Assembly: GCF_004010195.1 (NCBI RefSeq)
Contig: NC_057749.1
Coordinates: 16,766,901-16,830,900, forward strand
Length of the DNA: 64,000 bases
Direction of reading: 5' to 3'
From: Chiloscyllium plagiosum
Lineage: Eukaryota
In this document: positions 60,255 through 64,000 of the stretch, in pieces
Position numbering within the stretch: the stretch's first letter is position 1
How the letters are laid out: every line of letters starts with the position of its first letter
Translations under genes and position numbers: made by a program
Notes under the pieces: model-generated
What the model was told of the DNA's origin: nothing
Database searches by the model: none
What the model saw: the letters and a program-made list of their open reading frames with translations, nothing else

Positions 60255-60385
60255 GCTGAATGGCCTCCTCCTGTTCCCGTGTAACAGGTTCGAGGGGCTG
60301 AATGGCCTCCTCCTGTTCCTGTGTTACAGGTTTGAGGGGCTGAATGGCCTCCTCCTGTTCCTGTGTAACAGGTTTGAGAGGCTGC
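60255..60385. repeat. 42-bp tandem repeat x3 (GCTGAATGGCCTCCTCCTGTTCCTGTGTAACAGGTTTGAGGG)
   Basis: Direct reading; resembles a CR1 3' tail. Confidence 0.85.
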
Positions 60386-61024
60386 CTTCTCACTCTTCCT
60401 TACTGTCCTTCCCAAATCCATCATTACCTTTCCACATTACACTGTCAATCCTCCTCATTTCCCTTCTCTCCCCCTTTGTGACTGATATTCCACCGTGTGG
60501 GCGATGTAATTGATTACACTTCTGTTCTCTGTAATATAACACGGATCTACTTCAGAGAGCAGATATTTACATCCTCCACTGGTTACTTGTTAAACTGCCT
60601 GATTGGTAAATTACCTGCCTCCACATTCCTGAAATGTTTGGATATTGGGTGAACTTGAGGCAAGGCTGGATTGCTGCCAGCGAATGAGAGCCGTTTCATG
60701 CTGAACTGCTGAACAGCAAGATTTGAAAGTGCGCTCACCCACTGATACTGCACTGCACTCTGTGCTGGGGAGAGCCCAAGGAGACTGAGCTCAGGGTTCA
60801 CAACCTGAGAGTTCAAAGTTTCAACCAGTTTCAAATGAAAAATCAGTCTTGACAATGACACAGATACACACATGCGCGCACACACACACACAAACACGAT
60901 AAAGACTCCCATAGATGGTCAGTCACAAACTCACAAACACATCTGCATGTATCCTAGTGTTTTACACAAACAGAATGCTGTAAAGAGACGTTATGACATG
61001 GAAGCTTTTTGTCTTATGGGACCT

Positions 61025-61740
61025 GAGGAGTGTTGCTGGACAAAGACACTTAGGGCTACAGGTGCATAGTTCCTTAAAAGTGGAGTTGCAGGTAGACAGG
61101 ACGGTTAAAAAGGTGTTTTATATGTTTGCCTTCGTTGGTCAGTGCGCTGAGTACAGGAGTTGGGGTGTCACATTGTGGCTGTACAGGACATCGGTGAGGC
61201 CACTTTTAAAATACTGCATGCAGTTCTGGTCACCCTTCTATAGGAAAGTTGTAGTTAAAGTTGAGGAGGTGCAGGAAAGATTTACAAAGACATTGCCAGG
61301 GTTGGAAGGTTTGAGTTGGAGGGAGAGACTGAATAGGCTGGGGCTGTTTTCCCTGGAGCATCGGAGACTGAGGGGTGACCTTATAGAGGTTTATAAAATC
61401 ATGAGGGGCATGTATAGGATAAAGAGACAAAGTCTTTTCCCTGGGGTGGGGATGTCCAAATCTAGAGGGCATAGTTTTAAGGTGAGAGGGGAAAGATTTA
61501 AGAGAGACTTGAGAGGCAACTTTTTCATGCAGAAGGTGGTGTGTGTGTGTAATGAGCTGCCAGAGGAAGTGGTGGAGGTTGGTACAATTGCAACATTTAT
61601 AGGCATCTGGATGGGTATATGGATAGGCAGGGTTTAGAGGGATAAGGGCCAAATGCTGGCAAATGCCATTTTGTCACATTGGGATGTCAAGTTGGGGTGG
61701 ACTGAAAGGTCTGTTTCCGTGCTGTATCACTCTATGAATT
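61025..61740 (+). mobile_element. CR1 LINE ORF2 3' part with tail
   Basis: LGLQVHSSLKVELQVDR...RGDLIEVYKIMRG...; tail GGTCTGTTTCCGTGCTGT. Confidence 0.92.
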
Positions 61741-62033
61741 TAGTCATCAGGACAGAATCACAAGAATAGAAATTTCAAAGGGAACCACAATTTATAATGA
61801 ATAAGAAAGGGTTTCAGATTGGTTCAATTAGTGCACTCTGATTTGTTGAGGAGAATGTACCAGGAATATAAGAATGTAGAAGCTAGGAGCAGGAGGAGGC
61901 CATTCAGCCCCTCCATTCTTCCCTGCCATTTAATATGATCATGGCTGATCTCATCTCGGCCTCAACTCCACTTCCATGCCCATTTTCCATGATCCTTCAG
62001 CCCATCACTCATTAAAAATCTGTCTATAACAAG

Positions 62034-63800
62034 AAATAAAATCAGAAGATGTTGGAAAAACTCATCAGTTCAGGCAGCATCTGTAGAGAGAGAAACAAAG
62101 TTAATGTTTCAAGACTGGTATGATTTCTTGAGAACTAAGGCTCTGGAAAAAGGTGTTGGAAACTCGGTTTATTTAAATACTTTTGACAAAGGCGGAGAAG
62201 TGTCAAAAGGGCAGATGGTATAGAGGCCACAGTGCAGAGGATAAAGGGGTTGTGAATGGTGGAGAAAGAAAATGTGAAATGCAAAAAGAGTGTAAATTAA
62301 GTTGCGAAAGGGAAAGAACTGGTTCTTTCTAACAAGTGCAAAGTAAGCAAGTCACAAACATGACATGGCCGTGGGGGAAGTGGGTGTGGGAGAATGTAAT
62401 AAAAAGGAGAGCAGACTTCAGGTGGTCAATTTCTGAAGTTATTGAATTCAATGTTGAGACCTCGAGGCTAGACTGTGCGTAAGCAGAAAGTGAGCTGGTG
62501 TTGGTGGAGCTGAACAGAAATATTTACTTGAGAGGAAGGTGGTTTATTGAAATGGCAAGCAACTTGTTCCTGCGGAGAAACAATAAAACAGTCACCCAGT
62601 CTGCGTTTGTTCTTGGCAATGTAAAGGAAACTGTACTGTGAGCAGTGAATGCAGTAGACTAGATTGAAAGAAGGAGAAGTGAAACACTGCTTCAGTTTGA
62701 ATGCATGTTCAGGGCCTTGGACAGTGAGAAGGGAGGTGGTGAATCAATAAGTGTTACACCTCCTGCAGTTGCGTGTACTATGAGAGAGGAGGAAATGTTT
62801 GAAATGATGGAAGGTCACCAGGGTAATACAGAGGGTACCAACCCTGCCAAACACTGACAGTGGAGGGGAGGGATAGCAGCAGAGTGGGGAAAATGACCAT
62901 TTAAATGCAGGGACTTCTTGAGTGGGAAGAAGGGGAAGGGTGAGGAGAAAAGTGCGGGATTTTATTTGATTTGTTATTGTCGCCTGAGCCTGGGTACAGT
63001 GAAAAGTTGTGTTTTGCATGCAGTACAGGCAGGTCATAACATACAAAGTGCATTAGGGGTAAAAGAACAGAGTGAAGAATATAAAGTTATGGCTGCAGAG
63101 AAGGTGCACAGAGAGCAAGATTAACATGAAAATAAAATTTTGAGAGGTCCATTCAGAAGCTGTTGATACATGCGTTTAAACTTTGGTATCTTCTGCCTGA
63201 CAGAAGAGGGTGCAAGAGAATATAACCAGGTTGGGGGAGGGGGGGGTCTTTGATGATGTTGGCTGCCTTGCAGGCCACAGGGACTGAAGAGATGCAGTGA
63301 AGGTAACCGTGTGTGTCAGAATGCTTGCAGTGAATGTTCGTGGACAGCCTATCCCCAGAAATGGAAACAGTCAAATCAAGGAAGGAAAGAGTCAGAGTTG
63401 GACCAGGTGAAGGTGGGAGAAAGATGTAAATTGGAAGTGAAACTGATTAATGTTTCAAATTTCCAGCGAGAGTGGGAAGTACCAAAGACATTGTCGTTGT
63501 AACGGAAAGATTTGTTGGGGGCCTCAGTAAGACTGGAAGAAGGAATGTTTGACCTATCAACAACAGCTCAGGCATTGCTGGGACTTGTGGGCACACCTTT
63601 GACTTGGAGAAATGGACTCCTCCACCTCTGTCAACAGGAAATTTTAAAAACCCTATTTTCCAACACCTTTCAGATCTGAGGATGAATCAGACCAGACTCA
63701 AAACATTAACTCTGCTTCTGTCCGTCTCCACAGATGCTGCAAGACCTGCTGAGTTTCTGTGTGGTTATTTTTTGCAAGTTTTGAGCATCTGAGGTACTTT
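62034..63800 (-). mobile_element. Degenerate Penelope-like retroelement remnant (RT + GIY-YIG) with inverted terminal pieces
   Basis: The minus strand gives FLDLTVSISGDRLSTNIHCKHSDTHGYL (PLE RT thumb region, ~63290-63390) and NLVYCIHCSQYSFLYIAKNKRRLGDCF (GIY-YIG-like, ~62585-62667). pLTR-like ends at ~62034-62135 (-) and ~63675-63800 (+). Confidence 0.7.
62958..63272 (-). mobile_element. Rex1/Babar-like LINE 3' fragment nested in the Penelope remnant
   Basis: KAANIIKDPP..PGYILLHPLLSGRRYQSLNACINSF, typical of a Rex/Babar ORF2 C-terminus; ends in AATC-type microrepeats. Confidence 0.6.
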
Positions 63801-64000
63801 GCCTTAATTTAAAGTTGCCTGTTAAGTTTCTGATTGGTTGAAAATATGAGCAACGTTGTAAGTGAACAGACGAAGCTTCAATGAACAACAACTGCCAACC
63901 CAATTTCTAATCTTAAACCAGTCATTTTTAGCAAAGTCAGGATTGCTTAGCAAGTGTTAACCAACCACAGAGTCACATCTAATGTTGGACATTATGTTCT

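Overview
Vertebrate genomic DNA, by inference a cartilaginous fish (shark), judged from the HE1/V-SINE-like, Deu-domain SINE, CR1 and Penelope-like repeat content. Three intact multi-exon genes lie on the + strand in the order MFAP1 (9 coding exons, 439 aa), HYPK (4 exons, 118 aa) and SERINC4 (7 exons, 467 aa). All exon boundaries were read by hand as GT-AG with consistent phases. The rest is CR1, RTE, L2 and Rex LINE fragments, SINEs, Penelope-derived pieces, many minisatellites and three N gaps. Most notable: (1) SERINC4 has one 690-nt exon where mammalian SERINC4/5, as I recall, have about six, suggesting block intron loss. (2) A family of short Penelope-derived insertions with 12-16 bp target-site duplications, most of them fold-backs, carries or turns around at a minimal hammerhead-ribozyme core. 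(3) HYPK is co-oriented with its neighbours, unlike the human locus as I recall it. (4) Several minisatellites appear seeded by retrotransposon modules, and a separate 38-bp satellite supplies a SERINC4 splice acceptor region. No prokaryotic system or CRISPR array is present.
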